A DNA stretch of 64,000 bases from an uncultured Methanosarcinaceae archaeon (lineage in GTDB: Archaea > Halobacteriota > Methanosarcinia > Methanosarcinales > Methanosarcinaceae), in contig CAWJYV010000004.1 in the NCBI GenBank assembly GCA_963847185.1, positions 1-64,000 on the forward strand, in the 5' to 3' direction. The translations under genes were made by a program, and so were the position numbers. Under the pieces are notes generated by a model, which worked only from the letters and a program-made list of their open reading frames with translations, searched no databases and had not been told where the DNA came from. Below are positions 10,275 through 21,409 of this stretch, one piece after another; position 1 is the first letter of the stretch, and every line of letters begins with the position of its first letter.

Positions 10275-11030
10275 TTACAGCTCCAGTTTCATTAAATCCT
10301 CAGCAAGAATAACTTCTCCTCCAGAATAACCCTGCAGGCGGTGTATTGTTTCTCTCTCATGCCCTCGCATATCCGGATAGAAATGCGTGAGGCAAATGCT
10401 TCCTATTTCGTTGTTATATTCTCCCAGCAGTTCGGCAAGTGTACTTGGAGTCGTGTGGTTTGTGACTTTTATACCCACAGGAAAAGAACATTCGTGAATC
10501 AGAAGATCGGATTCTGCTGCAAGGTCCATTATATTCCTGCTTGGCTCGGTGTCTCCCGAATAAACAAATTCTCCATCTTCTGCTGTCACGCGGTAAGCAA
10601 GAGTGGGGACGCTGTGTGCCGCGGCGGTGCAGGTAATTTCACAGTCGAAGCCTTCAGGAGTAAAATCCTTTCCAGGGGGGAGCTCGACAATATCCACATC
10701 TACTTCATCCGAAATATATTCGTATGCGTCAACCACCTTTGAAAACCAATCATCTGTCCCCTCAGGTCCATAGATTTTCATATAAGTATTTCCGCGGAGC
10801 CAGTTTGCTTTTATGAGGGGAAGCACGTCAGCCACATGATCAAGATGAAGGTGTGAGAGTAAAATAGTGTCTACCTCAGTATGTGAAACTTCAGCTTCAG
10901 GAAACCTGCTCAACACGCCGCTTCCACAATCAATAAGTAATGGCTTTTCCTCAAGCCTCACAAGCACTCCGGACTGTACACGACCCTTCTGAGGGATCGC
11001 AACTCCAGTGCCAAGAAATGTTATCTCCAT
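10275..11030 (-). CDS. MBL-fold metallo-hydrolase (RNase Z-like)
   Basis: FLGTG, IDCG, SHLHLDH, YSGDT, HECS, LTHF. Confidence 0.9.
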   Translation of the reverse strand: MEITFLGTGVAIPQKGRVQSGVLVRLEEKPLLIDCGSGVLSRFPEAEVSHTEVDTILLSHLHLDHVADVLPLIKANWLRGNTYMKIYGPEGTDDWFSKVVDAYEYISDEVDVDIVELPPGKDFTPEGFDCEITCTAAAHSVPTLAYRVTAEDGEFVYSGDTEPSRNIMDLAAESDLLIHECSFPVGIKVTNHTTPSTLAELLGEYNNEIGSICLTHFYPDMRGHERETIHRLQGYSGGEVILAEDLMKLEL

Positions 11031-11128
11031 AAGGTAAAGAATAAACTTTAAATAATTTAACTTTATTTAAAGCATGTCTTCATAATAACTCTTTAGGGCT
11101 CAAGAACAAACTTGTTTTTCTCTCAAGC

Positions 11129-11213
11129 GCGAGGGTTGCCCAGCCCGGTCAAAGGCGCCGGACTTAAGATCCGGTATCGAAGGATTTCGTGGGTTCGAAT
11201 CCCACCCCTCGCA
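11129..11213 (+). tRNA. tRNA-Leu(TAA), CCA not encoded
   Basis: GCGAGGG/CCCTCGC acceptor stem, CCGGA-CTTAAGA-TCCGG anticodon arm, long variable arm, GGTTCGAATCC T-arm. Confidence 0.95.
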
Positions 11214-11223
11214 CTAAACTTAT

Positions 11224-11253
11224 GGGTAATAGGTAACTCTAAAAAACGCAACG
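11224..11253 (+). repeat. candidate casposon terminal inverted repeat, preceded by the 14-bp target CGCACTAAACTTAT (11210-11223)
   Basis: Closely resembles the M. mazei casposon end as recalled (GGGATATAGGTAACTCAAAAAACGCAAC, not verified); partner arm absent from the window. Confidence 0.65.
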
Positions 11254-11697
11254 CTATTGTAAGAGTTATGCACAACCACTTTTTTAAAAGTTTGTTAGTC
11301 AAAGAATTAATTTTTTTGAAAGTGTCTTAACCAAAAATAATTTATCTCTTTTTAGAAAGTTGCCCTAACCAAAAGGTCTTTTTCTCTTTTAATAATTTTC
11401 TATCTTAAAAATAATAGTTATTTTTATGGGCAATTATAAATAAAAAAGGATCTCTTTGAGTATAATTATAAATTGTTGGGATATCTAGATAACATGTAAA
11501 AGTTTCACATTATTTGTATTTTTCCTTTTGAATTTATGATCTTTTACTCACATCTTTTTTCAAAAATCATTTTTAATTAATTGATATTAACTGATATTTA
11601 CTGTTTAAAATATGCAATAAATAGAAAGTTTTAAGCTTATTAGCAATAACAAATCTGCTAGTATTTTGTTCGCTTGTACCACAGATAAAGGAATAAT

Positions 11698-14600
11698 ATG
11701 GAAGATTATCAACCAAGAAGTTTAGAAGATATTAAGAAAGAAAAGGATTCATTTGTTGATAAAATAGATCAAAATAAGACTAGTATTGAAATAGAAATAT
11801 CAAGCATAGTTGACAAACTAGACAATACTCTTGAGGAAATTAACAAAAAGACATCTCTAGATGTTACGAATATTATCTCTTTTAGTCAAAAATTAGAGAG
11901 ATTATATAACTCTAAATTAGAATCTGCTTCTAACTCCCTAATAAAATCAACCAGTATATTTGAAGAAAAAGCAAAAAAAATAAAAACAGGATTCAATGGT
12001 ATATATATCATAATTTTATTAGTAATTATATATCTAATTATAGAAATTATTACATATTATGGTTCAGGAAGTTCATTTGCATCTAATTCTTCAGTTTCAT
12101 CTGATTCTACAACTCAATTATTACCTTTTTTGATTCCATTTATTGCTATTCTCTTAATCTTGATTCTCGTTATTATAATTTATAAGAACATAGGCAGTAT
12201 AGACAATTCTAGTGAGTTAAGTAGCGAAATAGACAATATTGTTAAACATAGGGGAGTTCCAATTTCAGAAATGCCACTATATCCTCAAAAGATCGAGATC
12301 GAAAAATCTTTTTTTGATGAAAAGAAGACTGCTTTAACCTCTCTGATTGTCACCGTGGGAAAATTAATTCCTATAGTGGAAAAGATATACGATGAAGTAA
12401 CCCTCCTAGTCGAATATCAACAAATGGTAAATGATTTTGAATCATCTTTAGAATTCTATAACTTAATTAAAGACAAAAAATTCTTTGAAGAAATAGAAAA
12501 ATGTGCTCCCGCTGATACCCATATATTGAAAGATAAAGATCTGTGGAAGAAAGTAGTGGCTCGAAAAATAAGTTATCAGTTTAATGCACAAGCAATTGGA
12601 CAAAAATTTACTTTCTCTGAAAATTTACTGTTATTATTATATGGTGAGCATAATAATGAACCATCTATAAGTGTCTTTAGAGAAATAATTGAGTCTGAAA
12701 AAGAAATACAGGTATTAGCATCAATATTAATAGATAGCAAAAGATTAACAGAATCTAGTAACTATGAATACAAAAAAGAAGACATTGTTGCAATCATTAG
12801 AAAGAATGAGTCTTTCAGTTTACCAAATATTAATGACTCACTCTCAAATCTTTTACTTAGATATGAAGAGCTAATGAAAAATTTTGAGCTATGTTTAGAA
12901 TTCTATAACTTAATTGAAGACAAAAAGTTCATTGAGAACATAAGAGAATTTGTTCCCCTTTGTGTTTATATAAAGAACAAGGAAAACTTGTGGAAGGAGA
13001 TAACTGCTAAAAAAATAAGTTGTCAGCTTAATACAAAAATAATTGGACAAAAATTTGCCTTCTCTGAAAATTTACTGTTATTATTATATGGTGAGCATAA
13101 TAATGAACCATCTATAAGTGTCTTTAGAGAAATAATTGAGTCTGAAAAAGAAATACAGGTATTAGCATCAATATTAATTTACAGCTGTAGATTAACAAAA
13201 TCTAGTAATTATGAATACAAAAAAGAAGATATTGCTGCAATTATTAAAAAGAATGAATCCTTCAGTTTGCCAAATATTAATAATACACTTTCAAACTCGT
13301 TCTTGACTTTAAATTATTTGGATTCTTATGTTGAATTCCTAAAAAAGAATGGCGTCGAAATATCATATGAACCAACTATTGAATATATAATTGACAAGTC
13401 AGAAAGCATTTCTTTTGAAAAACGTGATACTAGGTTAGCTTACAATTTAGGTTTCGATAATTTTAACAAAATAGACTATTTAAACGGAGATTATGTTGAT
13501 GGATTTGCCAGAGCCTCGTTAGCTCTTAAATTTCATGATGATGTTTCACTAAGAGAGATGGTCTGCAAATGCTAAGCAAATAATTATTCGACAGCTATAC
13601 TTTATAGTTATTTTGAAAAAATAAAGAAAAATGATGGTCAAAGGATTGTTTTGATTAAAGAGTTAATTAACGACTTAGAAAAGTAAATTTCTTTTTAAAT
13701 AGACTTGAAGATCCACATATAGAGTTTTTTCAAACTCAACTTAAGGAAGGTCAATGGCACGACAGTAGCTTCACTTTGCTGAGAAAGTATTTTGAAGATT
13801 CAAACAAAGATCTTGCTGAAAAAATTTCCAATTTAAAAGAATATGAAATTTTGAAAGATTCAATTCAATTAAATTTCCGAGAAGTCAGCATTGGCACTAT
13901 AGAAAAATTAATTGACGCCCAACTTTTTGGTGCATATGTTATAATGTTCAACTCAGGTAAAGGCCAAAATTTAGATAAAAATGATGAAGGTAAAACTGAT
14001 GAAGTAAAAAAGAATGAGGAAAGACTTCGGAAGATAATTGATAACCTTTCTAAACGTAATCTAGATCAAAATGGAGACAAGAGATGGGAGTTTAAGGATG
14101 AGGAGAAAATAAATAAGGAACTTAAAAACACATGTGGATTACGCCCTAAGTATGACTTTATAAATTTTTCTCATAGTACACGTATAGGCATCTTAGATAA
14201 AGATCAGTCTTTTCAAGTTTTTAAAAATGAGTTTTTGAATGACGTAAAAACCATCCTAAAATCAAAAAATGAAACTTTTAATATTGGAGTTGTAGTTCTT
14301 AAAATAATACCCTCTACTTACAGTTTTGGTACACTTGATAATGATGGGACACCAGATAATATTCAGATAAAGGAACTTGATGCCGTAAAATATATTGCAC
14401 GACTGGCTAGCACTAAACTTCCATTAGAAGACCAGGTTAATGCAATGAAGTTTGAAAAAAACATTGATCTTTTAAAAATAGTAAATGAAAAGTCTTTCTA
14501 TGAAATTATCAAGCTCATAAATGACGATATAGATGATAAAGAAAAAGAAGTTTTAGAGGATCCAGAACTTACAAAGCAATTATTATATGAACTCAACGAG

Positions 14601-14843
14601 AATATGTCTATTAAGGATTTTAAATCGCTAGCTTTGGATCTTAAAGAAGGATACTATGAAGAGGAAACAATTAAAGAGTTGGCTAAAATTGTAGAAGTGT
14701 TTTTAAGTAAAAGATACTTAGACACACCTGGTTTGAAAAGAAAAGCAAAATCTCCACGCCCAAGGGTGTTGTCAAATAAATTCCTTCAATCTTTAAAGAA
14801 TCTAGCTAGTGTATATAAACTCCAAAGAGGCAATCGAAAATAG
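11698..14843 (+). pseudogene. large (~1050 codon) two-TM hypothetical gene with internal duplication, disrupted
   Basis: ORFs 11698-13575 and 13776-14843 can be joined across a TAA at 13573 and a 1-bp frameshift in the A-run at about 13680; two hydrophobic segments near the N-terminus. Confidence 0.7.
12400..13290 (+). repeat. intragenic tandem duplication, 447-bp (149-aa) period
   Basis: GAATTCTATAACTTAATT at 12451 and 12898; 12595-12731 vs 13042-13178 differ at only 2 positions. Confidence 0.9.
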
Positions 14844-15038
14844 GCGGATATCTGATATCTAAAAAATTTGAAATCTCCTTAACACAGTTGGAGATGTTGT
14901 CTTAACTTTAATCTTCACCTATAAGTTTAAGGCTCATGATGCTAAAAAACCGTTTACTTAGTATTTATCAAACTTCTTTTATAAACTATATTCTACCATT
15001 TTGACTGAAATCTTTTGTTAGAAATTTTCCACATTACT

Positions 15039-16340
15039 TTAAAAGAAGTTTGGATTAAGCCAAGGAGGCGGAGTTGATATGGAAGACACAGCGCAAACTT
15101 CTTTAATTGAATCTGCTAGAATATTAGGGATATTTCTAACTAACTCATTAGATAAGTCGAATTCCGTATGGGTTACTACCCTCTCGCCATCGATTTTAGC
15201 AAGCTGATACTCTCCTTTATAATACGATAGAGAATTATAATGCATCAATGAGTTTCGGACTTTAAATATTTTGAAAAGTAACTTAAAAGGTTCATTTTCC
15301 GCATTAAATTCTTTATTAGAATTTAAATTTTGTTTACATAAAGAATAGTAAGTAGAACACTTCTGTTTCATTTCCCCCTGCTGACTTGGCCAATATTTGG
15401 GAAATTTTTCAAATCCAAGCCTATTAAGGAATGCTTCGAAGCAAGCAGCACCCATTATAATTGCGATAGCTCTCTCTAGGTAAATTTCATCTAATTTATC
15501 TACAATGAGTGGGCTACTATTATAGTCATCCTCTAAATTCTTTGCCCGCTTACAATGTTGTAGACAGACTTGGTAAAAAACTGGCTCTGCATAAAATTTA
15601 GTACAATAATTATTGTCTATAACTGTAAATCTTTCAAAGCGTGATAAAATTGGAGGTTCATAAAAAGTGGTTTTTTTAAAAATATTTGCATTTTTTAACT
15701 TTTCATAGTGAATATCTTCAAGTTTCAATAAAATTTCTTTTCTCACAAGATCTAATTTTTGATAAAACTCCATAACCTTATTTCTATATTCCTGATAATC
15801 TGAATCTTTAGTAGTCTTCACTGGAAAAAGAAACCCGAACTCGTCTTTTATCTTATTTAGTGGATCTAAATCAATCTCAGATGAATACCATTTTCCATTG
15901 GACTTCTCAGCAATATGCCACTGATAAAGGTGACCATTATCTAAAACCTGGAAATGAGTTGAAAAATCCAATTTTGGATCATTTGCGGTTGAAAGTTCAG
16001 CTGAGTAAGAAGCAAAGCTGTATTTTGAGATTTCTCCCTCTGGAATCAAATCGTCTTCGTTTTCATAAAACTGGACAGATCCGTGGCCAGTAAAGTAATC
16101 GGTGTATCTACTTTCATAAACACTTTCATGAACATTATGAATAACTGTTTTAAAAACAACTATTTTTTTTGATTTGATTTCTTTCTCCAACTCGTTTTCA
16201 GAGATTTTATCAAAGTTAAACGTCCACACTCTATTATTGTTAGCAAACTCTCTACAGTCCATATTCTCAAGAGCAACTGCTAAAACCCACCAAGAAGGCA
16301 ACTTTAATTTTTTAGAGATATTTTCAAAAACTTCAGTCAA
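15039..16340 (-). CDS. hypothetical protein with C-terminal HEPN-like domain
   Basis: AIIMGAACFEAFLN followed by RNSLMH (R-x4-H); intact 433-aa ORF just downstream of cas1. Confidence 0.65.
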   Translation of the reverse strand: MTEVFENISKKLKLPSWWVLAVALENMDCREFANNNRVWTFNFDKISENELEKEIKSKKIVVFKTVIHNVHESVYESRYTDYFTGHGSVQFYENEDDLIPEGEISKYSFASYSAELSTANDPKLDFSTHFQVLDNGHLYQWHIAEKSNGKWYSSEIDLDPLNKIKDEFGFLFPVKTTKDSDYQEYRNKVMEFYQKLDLVRKEILLKLEDIHYEKLKNANIFKKTTFYEPPILSRFERFTVIDNNYCTKFYAEPVFYQVCLQHCKRAKNLEDDYNSSPLIVDKLDEIYLERAIAIIMGAACFEAFLNRLGFEKFPKYWPSQQGEMKQKCSTYYSLCKQNLNSNKEFNAENEPFKLLFKIFKVRNSLMHYNSLSYYKGEYQLAKIDGERVVTHTEFDLSNELVRNIPNILADSIKEVCAVSSISTPPPWLNPNFF

Positions 16341-16372
16341 TATAGCACCTTATTTTTTGAACTCCTCTTCTT

Positions 16373-16979
16373 TTATTTAAGCGATACGAAAATTTGCCTA
16401 TTGTCACTAGACTTAACCTGACCCATAGAAACCAAGTTTTCCCAGGCTTTAACCCTTTCTAAAACATGGCTGTTTAGGGTAAAGGGCTTATCACTTTTTG
16501 CATTCTGTTTCATGTAATGTAAAGTACCCTTAGAAAACCCTAACTTTTTCCAATCAACATAAGAAATACTCAGAATCTTTTGCCTTATTTCATGGGAATC
16601 AACCCTATTAACCCCAAATTCAGGGCTAACAAAATCCAATTCTTTGGATTTTCCTGTAAGATTATGGGCTAACTCTCTGGCCTTTAGGAGTAATACAGAC
16701 CCCCAGGTTGTCTGTTTATCCCCATAATTTACGGGTTTGTTGAGCATGTTAGAGAACTCGTTAGCTACCTTTTTCCCTCCAAGACCCCTTAATCTCAGGT
16801 TATAATTCTCGGTTACAATGAAATCTTTCTTATCCATTGTACCATTTTCAACTAAATTTATGACCGCTAAATCTACAAGAAACCTGAAAGGTTCCTGTAA
16901 ATCATAGGCTAAACTGTTTTTGCTGGGGTTCATTTAGATGTAAAAACCCTACATGAGAGTCTAATCCAACAGTATTTAT
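16373..16979 (-). pseudogene. cas1: casposase-type Cas1 (Cas1-solo), 5'-truncated and frameshifted
   Basis: INTVGLDSHVGFLH / frameshift at about 16934 / MNPSKNSLAYDLQEPFRFLVD; C-terminal extension LGFSKGTLHYMK (HTH); no cas2 or array. Confidence 0.85.
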
Positions 16980-17384
16980 GAGTACTTCTGTGAATCTTGC
17001 ACTATTCTCAGATACAAAGATCAGGAAGCTGCTTTCATCAAGTGTAGAGGCTTTGCGTGAGTGGTAAGAACTAGAATTTCGTGAAAAAGTATCTTTTTTA
17101 AGAGCAAGTATTTCAAAAATATTCTAGCTCTTCTTCAACTATTATTCTTTATCAGGCCTGCTTAGTCTCTTCATCATCTTCAAGATAAAGATTAAATCTC
17201 CCTATTTGTAATAACGCAATGAGAATCTATTTTCTACATCTCATATCAATCTTTTTTGATACCTGCCCTGCGGGTTTTTATGAAGTAAATCCATATAAAT
17301 TGAGAGAATCGAATTTCATTTTTAAAAGAAGAAATACCGGATATTATAGTGACAAATTGAGTTATATTTTCACAATCCTCGTAG

Positions 17385-18191
17385 GTGTTAAAGATGCCTG
17401 GAAATCCTAATGAGATAAAACTGGTAAACAATGCTATGGCCAATGTTACTAGAAGGAAGATAATGAACTTCTTATCAACAGGAGACAAAAGTGCTGACGA
17501 AATTGGAGGAGAAGTAGGGAAGACAATGCTTGATTTCCATCTCAAGCTTCTTCAGCAGGCAGGTCTGATTGAGATAGGAGAAGGAACTGTAAAATTAAGT
17601 GAGTATGGCAGGAATTTCCTTAAAGATAAAGAAGAGAAAAGTGTGGATAAAACTGCAGATATTTCTCAGGCAAAACATATAGAAATTACTGAAGTCAGGC
17701 AGCTTTTGCCCTGCATAGCTGATTCCTCAAAATTCAGGGTCATCGCAAACATGGCTCCTCCTCTAGGTGGAACCCTCAAGGTTCTTGAGCCACTCTTTCC
17801 CAGAGGCAAATATTCGGACAAAATAAGCGCCTTGATAATTCAAAAAGGAGAAATTATTACAACTATTTATGGTTCTGGAAAAGTCACCATGACAATGATT
17901 AAAAGCGAGGGTGAAGCTAAAGAAGCGCTTGAAAACTTGAAAAATACCATAAATAATGCTATTGCAAAAGGTGTAGCCCCAGCTTCCAGGGAAAAGGTTA
18001 GAGTTGAGCCCATGGAGCTCTACAAATACCTGCCTCAGACCAACTGTGGCAAATGTGGTGAACAGAGCTGTTATACCTTTGCAATAAAGCTAATGAGTGG
18101 CGAAGCTTCTCTAGAAAAATGTACACAGCTCAAAGAGCCAGAATTTGCACTCAATCAGGAGCATCTGCAGGTTTTGACTGCTTATATTTAA
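17385..18191 (+). CDS. ArsR-type winged-helix protein with C-terminal putative Fe-S domain
   Basis: RRKIMNFL...LDFHLKLLQQAGLI; YLPQTNCGKCGEQSC...C. Confidence 0.85.
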   Translation: MLKMPGNPNEIKLVNNAMANVTRRKIMNFLSTGDKSADEIGGEVGKTMLDFHLKLLQQAGLIEIGEGTVKLSEYGRNFLKDKEEKSVDKTADISQAKHIEITEVRQLLPCIADSSKFRVIANMAPPLGGTLKVLEPLFPRGKYSDKISALIIQKGEIITTIYGSGKVTMTMIKSEGEAKEALENLKNTINNAIAKGVAPASREKVRVEPMELYKYLPQTNCGKCGEQSCYTFAIKLMSGEASLEKCTQLKEPEFALNQEHLQVLTAYI

Positions 18192-18625
18192 GTTTAAATC
18201 CAATTGAAGAAACACTACTCAATCGGAAGCTCTGGCTAGATGGAAGAATTTTTGGATATTTAGCCCCTGTATTTTTTACTTCAATCTTATCTATCTGATC
18301 TCTTTAGCTCAGATAAATGTTAACAAATTTTCTTATATTTTTGACATTTGACTTTCGGATTTTTATGAAACTAATCCACAAATAATTCGTTAAATAAACT
18401 GACTTTGAAGAATTGAATTATATTCTTAAGAAAGGCTTGCTAGTGCTGCTGAAGCATAAAAGGCTCAAAGTTAGGCCCAATTAGCTCTAGTAGGTGTTAA
18501 GATGCCTTCTTTAACTCCAAAATCTAAAGCTCTTTTTCTCCATTTTCTCACAATTTTGTAGTCTACTTTCAATTCTCTGGAGATTTAAGTATCGTTTTTT
18601 TCCTGATAACTTAAAAGTACTATAT

Positions 18626-18753
18626 GAGCTCATCCCAAGACCAATTTTATTCTCAAATCAGAAATTTTTAGAATCATTTTTCACGATCAGAAACTAGATT
18701 GATTATTTGAATAAGGGACTTAGAAAAGCAAGTTTGAGTTTTGGGATCAGCTC
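18626..18753. mobile_element. MITE, 128 bp
   Basis: GAGCTCATCCCAA ... TTGGGATCAGCTC inverted ends. Confidence 0.75.
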
Positions 18754-18835
18754 GAAAACTAATATATTTATGGGTTTAGATTGGAATCGAAGCACTAGGA
18801 ACTATATTAAGTGAACTCCATAAAAAGAAGAAAAG

Positions 18836-18915
18836 AAGTAAATTAGAACGAAAGTAAATTAGAACGAAAGTAAATTAGAACGAAAGTAAATTAGAAAGAA
18901 AGTAGATTAGAAAGA
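18836..18915. repeat. 16-bp tandem repeat x5 (AAGTAAATTAGAACGA)
   Basis: three exact and two variant copies, no spacers. Confidence 0.9.
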
Positions 18916-18946
18916 GAATTCACCCTTCCAATCCTGGGTATAATCT

Positions 18947-19294
18947 TTATTGTTTTTTCTTTGAAATTGGTGCTTCGATTTTGTCCACCAGCTTCTTAAC
19001 ATCTGTTTTTATTTCTGAGGCAAGCTTTTTTGCACTTTCCCCTGTTGCATCTACCAGTTTTTCAACCCTGGTATTTATGCCCTTTACCTCATCCTTCATA
19101 TCGATGGACTTTATCTCTCCTGCCAGCGACTTTATTTCCCCATTTATATTCTTTGCGAGTTTCGAGGCTTCATCTCCTGTTTTCTTTGCAAGAGTGTCAA
19201 TATCATTTCCAAGTTTTCCAATTTTTTCCTGAATATTAAAGCCCTTCTTAGCGGATTCAGTTTCCTTGGTTTCACTTTCTTTTACTGTTACCAT
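18947..19294 (-). CDS. small Lys/Glu-rich helical-repeat protein
   Basis: 115 aa; repeated TG(D/E)xAxKLA helices; AAGGGG RBS. Confidence 0.75.
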   Translation of the reverse strand: MVTVKESETKETESAKKGFNIQEKIGKLGNDIDTLAKKTGDEASKLAKNINGEIKSLAGEIKSIDMKDEVKGINTRVEKLVDATGESAKKLASEIKTDVKKLVDKIEAPISKKKQ

Positions 19295-19622
19295 ATAAAC
19301 CCCTTATGTATTTTATGAAGGTAATACATTTCTTTGATTAAGAGAATCTGTTTTTTAACACTTATTTATTGACTTCCTTAATTATAAAATTATCTTTAGA
19401 GTTATTCAAAAAGTTATCTGGTGCAGTTTTTGAGCCTATCACATTTTAATGGCAGCATCTTGTAACTCTATTCTTCGTTTCGTTGAAACAAGCAATTTTT
19501 GATATTTTTAAAGAGTGGGGGATATGGCACTAAAATATTTCCTAACACTGAGTTTTATACCTCACACAGTAATTCCGATTTGCTGTAGTTCCGAATGACT
19601 ATTCTCATTAGTTTACATTTTT

Positions 19623-20375
19623 GGTATTGGTACTTAAGTATTGTTATATATTATGAGTAACTATATTTCTGTATGAACTGTCCAAGATGTAAGAATTCCA
19701 ATCATAAAAAGAACGGTAAAGTTGATGGCCGTCAACGCTACAAATGCTCTGATTGTGGATATAATTATTCAGTAGAGCTAAAATCAACTGCTAGTTCCGC
19801 ATCTGTTAAGAGACAGGCTTTACAACTCTATCTTGAAGGATTAGGTTTTCGCTCAATAGGACGTTTTTTGGAGTAAGTCATGTTTCCGTCCAAAAATGGA
19901 TAAAGAAATTTGGTCAGGAGTTAGAGGAACTAAAAAGCGAAAATGAGATATCTATTGTTGAACTCGATGAGATGCACACTTACATCGGTAACCAAAAAAA
20001 TATTGCTGGATCTGGATTGCTGTTGATAGATTTGGGAAAAAGTTCATCGGCTGCTCTTTTGGCAGCCGATGAACAGAAACTGGACAAAAACTCTGGGAAA
20101 AATTAGAGAAAAAAGAGATTGAAAAAGTGATGACTGATCACTGGAGGACATATGCAGAGTTTCTTCCAGAAAAGATTCATACTCAATCAAAAGCAGAAAC
20201 GTATACTGTTGAAGGATATAACAGCATATTAAGGCACTTTCTGGCAAGATTGAGGCGAAAGACAAAATGTTATACCAAGAGTATTACACCAAGAGTATTG
20301 AAATGCTAAAGTACTCGGTTCTTCTCTTAATGAAATATAGAAATAAAGAGTTAGATATATTTAGTTAACAATACC
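19623..20375 (+). mobile_element. IS1-family element with degraded transposase
   Basis: GGTATTGGTA / TAACAATACC ends; CPRC...KNGKVDGRQRYKCSDC zinc finger, ELDEMH, TDHW, VEGYNS; several frameshifts and a short duplication near 20275. Confidence 0.85.
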
Positions 20376-20513
20376 TAAAGATCCTTTTTTTCGTACTCTC
20401 TTCAAATTGAATGTAAAGCTCTTACTTTCACCCCAATTTTGAGGGGATACAAAATTCAAGCAATTAGAAAACCTATCTTCTTTAAATAATAATAACTTAA
20501 ACCCTATACAGAT

Positions 20514-21299
20514 ATGAAAAACCTGAATACATACGGCAGCCCTCCTTTTAATCTTGCCGTCATTCACGACGGTCCGGGCGCTAAGGGAGAAATGGCCCAA
20601 GTTGCAAGAGAGCTCTCTTCTCTTAGATGTGTGCTGGAACCTCTTCAAACAGTATCAACTCTCGAAGAGCAGGCCTGGGAACTGAGAGATGTCCTTGAAA
20701 ATCACGGAGCTCTTCCGATTACATTAATAGGTTTTTCCTGGGGGCAATGCTCAGTTTTATCTTTACCGCCCTGCATCCTGAATTTGTAAAAAAACTCATA
20801 CTCATCGGAAGCGATACTTACGAAGAAAAAATACGCTGCAAGTATAATGGAAACTCGGATAAGCAGACTCGGAAAAGGAGATCTCGAAAAGTTCTTCCAG
20901 CTGACTGAATCCCTAAAAAGTCCCTCAGCTCAAAACAGGGATAAAGTCCTATATGACTTTGGGAAACTTATGTCGGAAGCAGACAGCTTTGATCCTCTTT
21001 CGCATGAAGAAGAGCAGCTCGAGTGCAGGTATGAAATCTTCAAGGGTGTATGGGAAGAGGTAAGCAAGTTAAGAAGCAGTGGAGAACTGCTTGAACTGGG
21101 GAGAAAGATCCACTGCCCGGTTACTGCAATCCATGGAGATTATGACCCTCATCCTTTTGAAGGAGTTAGAGAACCTCTTTCCGGGATCTTAAATTTCAGA
21201 TTCATTTTACTGGAAAAATGCGGACACAAGACCTAGATTGAGAGAGAAGTTAAAGAGAAATTTTATGGAATTCTTAAGCAGGAAATTCAAGAATATTAA
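20514..21299 (+). pseudogene. alpha/beta hydrolase pseudogene
   Basis: HDGPG, GFSWG, IHGDYDPHP, EKCGH split over frames; internal TAG at 21234. Confidence 0.8.
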
Positions 21300-21409
21300 G
21301 CAGAAAATCCAAGAATAAGCGAGTTTTTGCAGAAATCCTTTATTGCGGAAGATGTATTATTTTTTTGAACGATAATTGTTTTTTGTACAATAGCACATAA
21401 AAGGAAAAA

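Larger units (their letters stand above)
11224..16979 (-). mobile_element. decayed casposon (one terminus, cargo genes, truncated casposase)
   Basis: Starts 10 bp after tRNA-Leu with GGGTAATAGGTAACTCTAAAAAACGCAACG; AT-rich cargo; ends in a cas1-solo fragment; no polB or second end seen. Confidence 0.75.

Noticed and set aside
11112-11330. 72-aa ORF
   Set aside because: Shadow of tRNA-Leu and the casposon end.
14841-14855. amber readthrough at the end of the cargo gene
   Set aside because: TGA follows after three more codons and the gene is already disrupted.
16373-16979. CRISPR-Cas locus suggested by cas1
   Set aside because: No cas2, effector genes or repeat-spacer array; the C-terminal extension and tRNA context fit a casposase.
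16998-17011. second copy of the casposon TSD (TGCACTATTCTCAG)
   Set aside because: Only GCACTA matches contiguously and no TIR precedes it.
18836-18915. possible CRISPR array
   Set aside because: 16-bp head-to-tail units with no spacers.
21234-21236. TAG as a new pyrrolysine site in the alpha/beta hydrolase
   Set aside because: The gene also has upstream frameshifts; TGG-to-TAG decay is the simpler explanation.
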